Shown: piece after piece, positions 41,664 through 50,531 of the stretch
How the letters are laid out: each line of letters begins with the position of its first letter
Numbering within the stretch: the stretch's first letter is position 1
DNA from: Candidatus Peregrinibacteria bacterium
Lineage (GTDB): Bacteria; Patescibacteriota; Gracilibacteria; UM-FILTER-43-11
Direction of reading: 5' to 3'
NCBI GenBank assembly: GCA_016932495.1
Contig: JAFGCR010000002.1
Span: forward strand, 8,519 to 72,518
DNA length: 64,000 nt
Notes under the pieces: model-generated
Told to the model about the DNA's origin: nothing
Databases searched by the model: none
What the model saw: only the letters and a program-made list of their open reading frames with translations
Position numbers and translations under genes: made by a program

Positions 41664-44447
41664 TTGTTTAGGAAGCCTTTCGTCGTTCTTGACCTGGAAA
41701 CCAGCGGCATCGATCCCAAGCGCGATGACATCATTGAAGTCGCGATGGTCCGTTATGAGAACGGGAAGGAAGTGAAGCGGTACGATGATCTGATTAAAAT
41801 CGATTACGAGCTTCCTAAGATTATCACAGTCATTACGGGGATCACGGACCAGGACCTGCGGGAAAACGGGCAGGATCGGAAGGCGGTCTTTAAAGAAATC
41901 GAATCGGCTTTACAGGGCGCTTATCTGATTGCCCACAACATTGATTTTGACGCCGGTTTTTTAAAAGCCAAAGGCATTGATCTGGATGTACTGGGGTTCA
42001 TCGATACCATCCCTCTGGCTCAGATCCTTTATTCGCAGGCGGCCAGCTATAGTCTGGAATCGCTGGCGGATGATCTCGACATTAAACATGTAAACAAACA
42101 CCGCGCGATGGGGGATGTGGAGGCGACGCTGGAATTGTTTAAAAAGATGTGTAAGAAAATCGAAACCCTTCCCGATAAATTATTAAAAGACGTTGAAAAA
42201 TATGTGAGCCGGTCGATGTGGGACGGGGGAGCGGTTTTTGAAGGGGTGAAAGGTAAGAATATTACATCTGAAAATACCGTAGGCGGGATTCGCGAATCCC
42301 GCCTCCAGGATAACGGCATTCAAAAACCGCTTGAAGTCGGCGATATTTTGGGGGAAGGCGGTGTTTTCCAGCAGTATTCCGATGACTATGAACCGCGTTC
42401 TCAGCAGGTCCAGATGGCTGAAAATGTGATGAACGCGTTTGACCAAGGTTACCATCTGATCTGCGAGGCGCCTACAGGGGTTGGAAAGTCATTAGCTTAC
42501 CTTACGGCGGCGGCCAATATGGCGATTAAAAATAAATCCAAGGTCGTTATTTCTACGAACACTATCAACCTTCAGGAACAGTTGTTTGAAAAAGATATCC
42601 CTTTGCTTCAGGAACTTTACCGGCACGCCACCAGTCATCCGGGTATTCACGCCGCTCTTTTAAAGGGCCGCACCCATTATTTATGCCTACGCCGGCTGGC
42701 CAAGTTTAAAGAGCGTTCCCGTTTTTCCGATACTGAGATCATCCTGCTTACTAAAATCCTGGTTTGGCAGACTACCACGCTGTCCGATGACTGCGGCGAG
42801 ATACACCTCACGCGCGAAGAGAATATGATCTGGGATTTTGAACTGTGCGCGGACAAAAAATATTGTACTCCCCAAAAGTGTAAAGCGTATGGTGAATGCT
42901 ATTTGCACCGGGCGCGTAAAAAGGCGGAACAGGCGGACATCATCGTGGTCAATCACGCGTTACTCTGCGCGGATCTGGAAAGTGAAGGTGCCCTCCTTCC
43001 GGATTACCAATATCTGGTGATCGATGAGGCACATAATTTTGAATCGGCTTCCACCGACGCGTTCGGCATGTCGCTGAAACAGGAAAATTTCATCCTACCC
43101 TTAAAACTCATCGAGTCCAATCTGGAAACTGTCCAGAAGCGGTATGAAGGCACGCTGTTTGGCGGGCAGATGGCCATGGACCGGATCGGCGATGCCCTTG
43201 AGAATATTGATGGCCTGAAAGATGCGATCGATAACCTGTTTACGGTGATCGCTTTGTTCGTAAACCAGAATGTGCAGGATTCCGGTTATATCGAAAATCT
43301 GCTGGTCGATCAGGGGATTTTAGGGTCGGAAGAATGGCTGAACCTCAGCACGTCTTCCGATGAGACCCTTCGTCGCATCAACCAGTGGCTTCGCACAGTC
43401 AAAGATTTCGTGGAGGCTTGGATGCTGAGCGGGGATGAAGCGTCTGAACAGAATGAATTTATTATGGAAATCCTTCAGGAATCCGAGATCCTCCAGGAAC
43501 AGATGACGGCCCTGAACCATTTTTTCGCGGACGCAGGCACATCCGATTACATCCGATGGATGACTTCTGATTTACAGGGAGTCGTTACCGTTAACCTGGC
43601 GCCGTACCTGCCGGGGGATTATTTAAAAGACCGCCTGTACAGCCAGAAGAAATCCATCATCCTCACTTCAGCCACGCTGGGCGTGAAGTTGTCTGACAAA
43701 AGCTTCGACGCCCCTGAACAGCATCCGTTTACTTATCTCCGCACCATTTTGAGTCTGGATGACCGGTTTGAGGAACTCATTATCGATTCGCCGTTTAATT
43801 TTGAAACGCAGACGTATGTCCTCATTCCCAACGACGCCATTCCTATCACGTCCCCCAAAAGCAACCAGCAGCTGGTGCCCTTTTTTGAACAGCTTATCCG
43901 TAACGTGGGCGGGAATATGATGTCGCTTTTTACGTCGTACAAAATGATCGAGACGCTGTATCTGAATTTAATGGAACCTCTGCAGAACGAAGGCGTCCGG
44001 TTGCTGGCCCAGCGGATCAGCGGAGGGCGGAACAAGATCATGAAGGCGTATTTGAACGACCCGGCTCATTCCATTCTTTTCGGCACAGCCAGTTTCTGGG
44101 AAGGGGTCGATATTAAAGGCGATGCCCTTTCCACACTCGTTATCCATAAACTGCCGTTCGATGTCCCCAGCGACCCCATCTGCAAAGCCCGGAGCCAGAT
44201 GTTTAACAATGGCTTCTTTGAATATCTCGTTCCCCGCGCCATCCTTAAATTCCGTCAGGGTTTTGGCCGGCTCATCCGCTCCCAGAAGGATTACGGGGTG
44301 ATGATTGTTCTGGATAACCGCGTGCTCACTAAAGAATACGGCAAACTGTTTTTAGAAGCTTTGCCGGAACGGATTACGCTGGAGGAATCAAGGTTGATGG
44401 AGATACCGGATAAGGTGAAGGAGTGGTTGGGGCTGAATAGAAAATAA
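41664..44447 (+). CDS. dinG: DinG-family helicase fused to an N-terminal DnaQ-like 3'-5' exonuclease domain
   Basis: Exo motif VVLDLETSGIDP. Walker A EAPTGVGKS. DEAH box (VIDEAHNF). Cys cluster CADKKYCTPQKCKAYGEC. TTG start, because no in-frame ATG precedes the Exo I motif. Confidence 0.9.
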   Translation: MFRKPFVVLDLETSGIDPKRDDIIEVAMVRYENGKEVKRYDDLIKIDYELPKIITVITGITDQDLRENGQDRKAVFKEIESALQGAYLIAHNIDFDAGFLKAKGIDLDVLGFIDTIPLAQILYSQAASYSLESLADDLDIKHVNKHRAMGDVEATLELFKKMCKKIETLPDKLLKDVEKYVSRSMWDGGAVFEGVKGKNITSENTVGGIRESRLQDNGIQKPLEVGDILGEGGVFQQYSDDYEPRSQQVQMAENVMNAFDQGYHLICEAPTGVGKSLAYLTAAANMAIKNKSKVVISTNTINLQEQLFEKDIPLLQELYRHATSHPGIHAALLKGRTHYLCLRRLAKFKERSRFSDTEIILLTKILVWQTTTLSDDCGEIHLTREENMIWDFELCADKKYCTPQKCKAYGECYLHRARKKAEQADIIVVNHALLCADLESEGALLPDYQYLVIDEAHNFESASTDAFGMSLKQENFILPLKLIESNLETVQKRYEGTLFGGQMAMDRIGDALENIDGLKDAIDNLFTVIALFVNQNVQDSGYIENLLVDQGILGSEEWLNLSTSSDETLRRINQWLRTVKDFVEAWMLSGDEASEQNEFIMEILQESEILQEQMTALNHFFADAGTSDYIRWMTSDLQGVVTVNLAPYLPGDYLKDRLYSQKKSIILTSATLGVKLSDKSFDAPEQHPFTYLRTILSLDDRFEELIIDSPFNFETQTYVLIPNDAIPITSPKSNQQLVPFFEQLIRNVGGNMMSLFTSYKMIETLYLNLMEPLQNEGVRLLAQRISGGRNKIMKAYLNDPAHSILFGTASFWEGVDIKGDALSTLVIHKLPFDVPSDPICKARSQMFNNGFFEYLVPRAILKFRQGFGRLIRSQKDYGVMIVLDNRVLTKEYGKLFLEALPERITLEESRLMEIPDKVKEWLGLNRK

Positions 44448-44500
44448 TTCCAAATAACTGATATTTAAATATTTTTATATCAGTTTTTTCGTTTACGCGT

Positions 44501-44590
44501 ATGCGCCCCCTTCATTCTGGGGTAAGTGGGCCCTAAAGGGCCTGAAGAAGGGAAAGAAAAGAATTATAAGAAAAGAAACGGAAGAAAAAT
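44501..44590 (+). repeat. Composite hairpin + polypurine element, copy B
   Basis: atgcgcccccttcattctggggtaagtgggccctaaagggcctgaagaagggaaagaaaagaattataagaaaagaaacggaagaaaaat. Confidence 0.7.
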
Positions 44591-44657
44591 ATCGACATTA
44601 AATAAGAGGGTGACACCATTGGCGTCACCCCTGATAAGAACCCGCATAATCGCCTCG

Positions 44658-44777
44658 TTACCGGATGAGGCAGTAGTAGACCGCGAAGCCGATGCCGATG
44701 ACCAGTGAGCTGGTGAAGACCCAGGTGATGCACCGTTCGGCGCTCGGATGGACAGAGCCTCCTCCGCTGATCGCCAT
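44658..44777 (-). CDS. Small hydrophobic protein of 39 aa with a strong Shine-Dalgarno site
   Basis: On the minus strand: AAGGAGGaagtcATG, then MAISGGGSVHPSAERCITWVFTSSLVIGIGFAVYYCLIR and a stop. A GGGTGAC...GTCACCC hairpin follows downstream. Too short for the ORF track. Confidence 0.5.
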   Translation of the reverse strand: MAISGGGSVHPSAERCITWVFTSSLVIGIGFAVYYCLIR

Positions 44778-44879
44778 GACTTCCTCCTTGGCAAGCGGGT
44801 TAAAAAACCAGTTTTTTGAGCCACTTATGGCTCGTAAACATGGGATTGCAGTTTAGAGGTGATTTATTTTCAGGTCAAA

Positions 44880-45227
44880 TTAAAGATCTGCGATGGTTTT
44901 AATCAGCTGATCGTCCAATTCGGGCGCCTTTGGATCCAGAATTTTTAATCGCCTAAGGCAGGCGCGCATGGTGTCGCGCAGTATGGCTATTTGGCTATAA
45001 ACTTCCTCCTGTTCTTCTTCCAGCGGTTTTAGAGGGTGCTGAATGGTGGGGACTTCTTTCGGATCGATGAGCAGTTTCTTCACATCTCTTCTCATTGTTT
45101 CCTCCTCCTGTAATACTAAATGGTCGCCCAATAAGGCGATGGCCACCTTTTTGATGTCATCGATTTTTTTTCTTGTTTCTGCAAGGTCCCCCTCAAAGGG
45201 ATGTAGGTCCAAACGGAGTGCTTCCAT
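44880..45227 (-). CDS. Hypothetical coiled-coil protein
   Basis: 115-aa ORF, charged and helical in composition. I recognise no family. Confidence 0.45.
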   Translation of the reverse strand: MEALRLDLHPFEGDLAETRKKIDDIKKVAIALLGDHLVLQEEETMRRDVKKLLIDPKEVPTIQHPLKPLEEEQEEVYSQIAILRDTMRACLRRLKILDPKAPELDDQLIKTIADL

Positions 45228-45347
45228 GACTTTATTAGGTTAAAAATAAGTGAATGGATATTCTTTATAATATATTTTTGGTAGTTTTGTCAAATTCTTA
45301 TATTAATATAATATAATAAAATAAAAATACTGCAATGTTTTAGAGTA

Positions 45348-45376
45348 TTGACTTTTGTTGACAACGTGACTAAAAT
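45348..45376 (+). promoter_or_regulatory. Sigma70-type promoter of the A/V-ATPase operon
   Basis: TTGACT (45348-45353), 17-nt spacer, TAAAAT (45371-45376). Confidence 0.7.
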
Positions 45377-45397
45377 ACCTCCCGCAATTTTACCACT

Positions 45398-45739
45398 ATG
45401 CCCTCTAAAACCATGAGTGACCAAAGTCATTTTATCGGACAGATCCAGCAAAAAGAAAAGGAGGCAGCAAAAATGATCGAAAAAGCTGAAAAAGATAACA
45501 ATCAGCGTGTTTCGTCCGCTGCCGAAGAAGCCGGCCAAATCGTTATAGAAGCCGAAGAGGAAGCCAAAAGGAACGGTCAGGAGCGGTTCCAGAAAGCCAA
45601 AGAGAAGGCTAAGCAGGAATACAAACGTATTTTAGCGGAATCCGATGCCAAACGCCGTGAGGTAACCGGGGGCGGCAAAGCAAATCTCGATAAAGCCAAA
45701 AAACATATTCATCAGGCTTTTGTCGGTTTATTCGAATAA
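45398..45739 (+). CDS. atpH: A/V-type ATPase small peripheral-stalk subunit (H/G-like)
   Basis: 113-aa all-helical E/K/A-rich protein. It is the first gene of the operon, as in archaeal H-I-K-E-C-F-A-B-D clusters. The assignment rests mainly on position. Confidence 0.6.
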   Translation: MPSKTMSDQSHFIGQIQQKEKEAAKMIEKAEKDNNQRVSSAAEEAGQIVIEAEEEAKRNGQERFQKAKEKAKQEYKRILAESDAKRREVTGGGKANLDKAKKHIHQAFVGLFE

Positions 45740-45757
45740 AACTTCACCTTTTCTTGT

Positions 45758-47746
45758 ATGGCTGTTGTTCCCATGCAAAAAATCAATTTATGGCTGCATA
45801 AAGAAGATAAGGCTAAAGCGCTGGTTTTTTTGCAAAGCAAAGGGGTTTTACACCTTACAGAAGTATCATCTGGCCACGAAGCCTTAAAGCCTATGGGGGC
45901 GGATGAAACCGGCCATGAGCTTGAAATGGAAGTGGCACAGCTGGATTTCGCGGTGAATTTTCTGGTCCAATACGAAGTGCCTAAAAAGGGCCTGCAGGCC
46001 AAGATCGACGGCCCCAGCGTGAAGGCTCATATCAATGAAGTGGAAGATACTGTTAAAAGTTTTAAATATAAAGATGTTGTGGCTCGCTGTCAGTCAGTTG
46101 AAGAGCAGCTGGTCAACCTTCATAACGAACAGAAAGCCCTTGAAGCGGATAAGGAAAAACTGTTCCCCTGGCGTTATTTAACCTGCGCGCTTGATTCCCC
46201 GCGTGAAACCCGGAACGTCGCCTCTCTTTTTGTTACACTTGCCCTCAAGGACTGGGAGGAGTTCAAAACGGAATTAGTCGCCATTTCCCCCCTGATCGTT
46301 TTGGAATGCGACAATATTGTGGATATCCGTGTGTATGTGCATATTATTTGTGATCTTACGGTTGTGCCGGACATCAATAGTCTGATCGGCACTTATAAGG
46401 CGGAGCGGGTGGAGCTTCCTGAAGCTAAGGGCAGTGTGACGGATGAATTGGACCGCATCGATAAACGATTGAAAGAAATCCACGATCGTCAGGCTCAGCT
46501 AAAAGAGGCGGCTCAGGAGCTTTCCAAAGATCTGCCCAAACTCCGGATGGCATACGATTTCGTTAATTGGAAGCACCTTCAGAAAAAGGCACGCCGGAAG
46601 TTTCTTGCGACCGATTCTGCGGTCCTGATTTCCGGCTGGATGCCGAAAGAAGGCGTACCTAAAATCCGTGAAGAGCTTCTCAAAATCACCAAAAACTTTG
46701 AATTGCTCGACGTGGAGCCGGATGAAGGCGAGTCTGCACCTGTTTTACTGAAACACCGTCGTTTTTTACAGCCTTTCCGTTCAGTGACGGATGTCTACGG
46801 CCTGCCGCTTTATCATGAAGCGGACCCCACTCCTTATCTGGCCGTCTTTTTCATTGTTTACTTCGGTATGTGTTTAACCGATGCGGGTTACGGGCTTATT
46901 ATGTTCGCGGCCACCTGGGCCATTCTGAAATATCTGAAAATCCCGAAAAGCATTGAAAATTTGGTGCGTCTTTTGATGTATGGCGGCCTCCTTACTTTTA
47001 TTATGGGTATTCTGTTTGGCGGCTGGTTTGGCATGACGCCCGACCAGGCTCCCGGGTTTATGACGGCCGTCCGCGGAGAGAAGCTTATGTTCATCGGACA
47101 GGTTTTTGATCCTTTGGGAAACGCTTTGTCTGTCCTGATCCTTTCGCTTTCGCTGGGTTTTATCCAGGTTTTATTCGGGGTGTGGCTTAATTTTTTCCAT
47201 AATTTCCGGCATATCGGCAAAAAAGACGCGTTGCTCGACAACCTGCCATGGGCGTATCTGCTGACCGTCATCGGTCTGTTTATTCTGCTGAAGGCCGGCC
47301 TGCTCCCGGAAATCCTTGCGTCTGCAATCACCCCCCTCCTTTACGCGGGCATTATTTCCCTTGTTCTCACGCAGGGTCGCAAAAAATCCAATATTATCGC
47401 GAAATTTTTCTCAGGGCTATTGAGCCTTTACAACCTGGTCGGTTACATGAGTGATGTTCTCTCCTATTCCCGTTTACTGGCACTTGGTCTGGCTACAACC
47501 ATTATCGGCATGGCCGTTAACACCATTGCCAGTCTGGCTAATGGTATCCCTTATGTCGGAATCATTTTCGCCATTATTATACTGATCGGCGGGCATATCT
47601 TTAACCTCGGCATTAACGCGCTCGGCTCCTTTATCCACTCTGGCCGTCTCCAGTTTGTGGAATTTTTCGGGAAGTTCCTTGAGGGGGGCGGCGCGCCATT
47701 CAGGCCGTTTGCGCGCGAATCGAAATTTGTTCATTTAAAAAAGTGA
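45758..47746 (+). CDS. atpI: A/V-type ATPase subunit I (a-subunit)
   Basis: 662 aa with a soluble N-terminal half and a polytopic C-terminal half (…LSYSRLLALGLAT…). Confidence 0.9.
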   Translation: MAVVPMQKINLWLHKEDKAKALVFLQSKGVLHLTEVSSGHEALKPMGADETGHELEMEVAQLDFAVNFLVQYEVPKKGLQAKIDGPSVKAHINEVEDTVKSFKYKDVVARCQSVEEQLVNLHNEQKALEADKEKLFPWRYLTCALDSPRETRNVASLFVTLALKDWEEFKTELVAISPLIVLECDNIVDIRVYVHIICDLTVVPDINSLIGTYKAERVELPEAKGSVTDELDRIDKRLKEIHDRQAQLKEAAQELSKDLPKLRMAYDFVNWKHLQKKARRKFLATDSAVLISGWMPKEGVPKIREELLKITKNFELLDVEPDEGESAPVLLKHRRFLQPFRSVTDVYGLPLYHEADPTPYLAVFFIVYFGMCLTDAGYGLIMFAATWAILKYLKIPKSIENLVRLLMYGGLLTFIMGILFGGWFGMTPDQAPGFMTAVRGEKLMFIGQVFDPLGNALSVLILSLSLGFIQVLFGVWLNFFHNFRHIGKKDALLDNLPWAYLLTVIGLFILLKAGLLPEILASAITPLLYAGIISLVLTQGRKKSNIIAKFFSGLLSLYNLVGYMSDVLSYSRLLALGLATTIIGMAVNTIASLANGIPYVGIIFAIIILIGGHIFNLGINALGSFIHSGRLQFVEFFGKFLEGGGAPFRPFARESKFVHLKK

Positions 47747-47748
47747 TC

Positions 47749-47818
47749 TGAAAATTTGAAAACTTGAAAACTAAATAAATCAAAAATTAATTTTCAAGTT
47801 TGTAAGTTTTCAAAATTT
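47749..47818. repeat. Inverted TTGAAAAY-word hairpin between atpI and atpK
   Basis: tgaaaatttgaaaacttgaaaac ... attttcaagtttgtaagttttcaaaattt. The same words occur at 59110..59254. Confidence 0.7.
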
Positions 47819-47840
47819 AATTCCTAATTTTTTAATCATT

Positions 47841-48335
47841 ATGGAAAACGAAATAGTACAATCTGTTTCCCAGTGGGGCCTGGCGCTGGCTGTTATGGGC
47901 GGCGCTATCGCTGTCTTTTTAGGCGGTATCGGTTCTTCAATCGGGGTCGGTCTTGCAGGCCAGGCCGGTGCGGGCGTTACCGCTGAAAAGCCTGAACTTT
48001 TCGGTAAGGTTCTTGTGCTTGAGGCTTTGCCGGCGACTCAGGGCATTTACGGTTTTCTGGTCGGCTTTCTCGTACTTATGAATACGGGGATTTTGTCCGG
48101 CAGCATTGAGCCCATGAGTCTAAGTGAAGGCTTTAAGATCTTTTTCGGCTGTCTGCCCGCGGGCATTTCCTGCCTGTTCTCCGGCATGCATCAGGGAAAA
48201 GTATCTGCCGCCGGTATGGGCATGATCGCTAAAGACGGTTCCACGATGGGTAAAGCGATGGTGCTGGCCGCCATGGTTGAAACGTATGCCGTGCTGGGAT
48301 TCCTGATCTCCGCTTTGATTGTTTTTTCAATTTGA
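47841..48335 (+). CDS. atpK: A/V-type ATPase proteolipid subunit K (duplicated, 4-TM)
   Basis: 164 aa, closely parallel to Enterococcus hirae NtpK as I remember it (LPATQGIYGF, FSGMHQGKVSAAG, AAMVETYAVLGF). Confidence 0.92.
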   Translation: MENEIVQSVSQWGLALAVMGGAIAVFLGGIGSSIGVGLAGQAGAGVTAEKPELFGKVLVLEALPATQGIYGFLVGFLVLMNTGILSGSIEPMSLSEGFKIFFGCLPAGISCLFSGMHQGKVSAAGMGMIAKDGSTMGKAMVLAAMVETYAVLGFLISALIVFSI

Positions 48336-48403
48336 TGTGATCAACGGTTCCCGATTAACATTTAATGTTAATCTTAGCTCTTAACTCTTAAATCTAAATT
48401 AGG

Positions 48404-48976
48404 ATGGCTCTACAGGATATTCTCAAAAAAATTGAAAACGAAGCCAAGAAAAAAGCTGTTTTTATCAAACAGGTAGCGGATGATGAGATCAAAAAGATCC
48501 GTGGAGAGGCGCAGGCCAAAGCCGATGCCCGGCGGGCTGAGATCGAACAGAAGATAGAAATCCAATCCGCGGCCGTGATCGAAAAGTCCAAAATCTTAGC
48601 TATGATGGAAGGCCGAAGCCAGACATTAAGACAGAAGCGTGAGGTGATCGATCAGGCTTACGAAGAGGCCGAAACAGCACTAAACGCGTTAAGTGACCAT
48701 GATTATGTCGCCTTGTTGGGCGATATGATGAAGCATGTGCTCAAAACTGCTGAAAAGGGGAGCCTCATCGTTCCGGCGAATCGCCGTAAACAGACTGAGG
48801 ACGCTATCCGGGAGGCTGGTGCGGATTTTGAGATTAAATCTGAAACCCATGACTTTAAAGGCGGTTTTGTTCTGATGAGCGGTAAGGTAGAGATCAATCT
48901 TTCTTTTTCTTATCTGGTCCAGAAAATCGTCCGGCCCGCAACGGAGGTGGAGATCGCTAAAATATTGTTCCCATAA
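48404..48976 (+). CDS. atpE: A/V-type ATPase subunit E
   Basis: 190 aa with a long N-terminal helix (ILKKIENEAKKKA...) and a globular C-terminus. Operon position fits. Confidence 0.85.
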   Translation: MALQDILKKIENEAKKKAVFIKQVADDEIKKIRGEAQAKADARRAEIEQKIEIQSAAVIEKSKILAMMEGRSQTLRQKREVIDQAYEEAETALNALSDHDYVALLGDMMKHVLKTAEKGSLIVPANRRKQTEDAIREAGADFEIKSETHDFKGGFVLMSGKVEINLSFSYLVQKIVRPATEVEIAKILFP

Positions 48977-48984
48977 TCCTTATA

Positions 48985-49995
48985 ATGTCACATAATCCAG
49001 CGGATTACGCTTACATCATCGGACGCCTTCGGGCTCTTGAAACACGGCTCCCGACCGCCAATGTTTTGGAACGTATGATCGATGCGGACAGCGCGAATGC
49101 TGCCTTCCAGGTGCTGAATGACCTGACTTTTGTTTCAGGGAGTATCGGTGAGCACACAGCGGATGAATTTCAGACCGTTCTGACAGAAGCCACTAAAAAG
49201 ATGTCGCGCCTGCTTTTTAAAATGTCTCCTAACTTGGACACGCTTAAGTTTTTGTGGCTTAAATATGATTTTCATAACCTTAAAGTCACCCTTAAGGCAC
49301 GCCTGGTGGGGCATGGTTACGCCGATGTGGAGCATGCGCTGGTGGATTTGGGCTGTCTGCGGGCCGAAGACTGGGAGCAGTTTGTTCTGGAGGGAAAAAT
49401 CCCCGCGCTGACCAAAGGGATGCATGAGACAATGGAGGATGCCGCCAGGCAATACGGAAAAACCCATGATCCGCAGATCGTTGATCTGATCGTCGATAAA
49501 CATTATCTGGAAGAAATGCTGATGATGGCCAGGCGTTTTAGAAGCGCTCTTACCATCGGTTATTTACAGCGCCTTATCGATCTTACAAACCTCAAAACAT
49601 TCATTCGCTGTAAGGAACTCAAAGAAGAAGAAAGCTATCTTGAGGCCATCCTTCTTCATGGAGGCCGTGTTCCGGCCACGGTGATGACGGAAAGTTATCC
49701 GAAAGGCTATGAAGAACTGAAATCTCTGCTGGAACAAAAGATGCATGCGGATGAACTGGCCCTTGTCCTGGATGAATTCCTGAAAGAAAAAACACTGCTT
49801 GCCGCTGAAAAGAAAATTACCGAACTCCTTCAGAGCTATATGGATGAAAGCAAAAAAATGTCTTTTGGCCCTGAGCCGGTTTTCGCTTTTTTCTGGCGGT
49901 TTGAAAACCATATGCAAATCCTCCGGACGATTCTGGTGGGCAAGCGTAATCAGCTGTCTGCGGACGATATCCATAAACATGTACTTACTTTATAA
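48985..49995 (+). CDS. atpC: A/V-type ATPase subunit C (d-subunit)
   Basis: 336-aa helical protein (YAYIIGRLRALETRL...). Operon position fits. Confidence 0.85.
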   Translation: MSHNPADYAYIIGRLRALETRLPTANVLERMIDADSANAAFQVLNDLTFVSGSIGEHTADEFQTVLTEATKKMSRLLFKMSPNLDTLKFLWLKYDFHNLKVTLKARLVGHGYADVEHALVDLGCLRAEDWEQFVLEGKIPALTKGMHETMEDAARQYGKTHDPQIVDLIVDKHYLEEMLMMARRFRSALTIGYLQRLIDLTNLKTFIRCKELKEEESYLEAILLHGGRVPATVMTESYPKGYEELKSLLEQKMHADELALVLDEFLKEKTLLAAEKKITELLQSYMDESKKMSFGPEPVFAFFWRFENHMQILRTILVGKRNQLSADDIHKHVLTL

Positions 49996-50079
49996 CCGAA
50001 TAGATTCCGAATGGCCTGCGAATAGATTCCGAATCAATTCGGTCTCAATCCGCAGTCAATCCGCAGTCAATACGAAACT

Positions 50080-50430
50080 ATGAACCAATATAAGATGGCC
50101 ATCATCGGACCGCGTGAAACGATTCTCGGATTCAAAGCGTTAGGCTTGGAGCCGGTGTATGCCACGGACCCTAAAGAAGCAGTGGAGCGTTTATATTCCC
50201 TTAAAAGAGAACGGACAGAAGTGGACGGTGAAAGCATCAATAAATACGCGATTGTTTTCATTATGGAAGATCTGGCGCGCGGAGTGACTCCGGATGATTA
50301 TAAAAAGCTTTCCGCCGAACCCCTTCCCGCTATCATCCCGCTGCCAAGCCACCTGGGCACCACGGGTTACGGTTTACAAAAACTTAAAACCATCGTCGAA
50401 AAAGCGGTGGGGATGGATATTTTATCTTAG
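50080..50430 (+). CDS. atpF: A/V-type ATPase subunit F
   Basis: 116 aa (KMAIIGPRETILGFKALGLE...). Operon position fits. Confidence 0.85.
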   Translation: MNQYKMAIIGPRETILGFKALGLEPVYATDPKEAVERLYSLKRERTEVDGESINKYAIVFIMEDLARGVTPDDYKKLSAEPLPAIIPLPSHLGTTGYGLQKLKTIVEKAVGMDILS

Positions 50431-50531
50431 TTTCTAATGACTAGTGCTTCGTGTCTCGTGATTCGGTTAATCCAAGTCACGAGTCACGAGACACGAGTCA
50501 CGAAATAATTCATTAATTAATTTCAATAATC

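Noticed and set aside
44526-44824. ORFs 44526..44708 (+), 44533..44733 (-) and 44564..44824 (-).
   Set aside because: They overlap each other and the polypurine element, have no start context and give non-protein-like translations. The 39-aa ORF with the perfect SD (44658-44777) explains the open frame better.
45290-45538. 82-aa minus-strand ORF across the ATPase promoter and the first gene.
   Set aside because: It is antisense to the atpH-like gene and to the AT-rich promoter, and it has no support.
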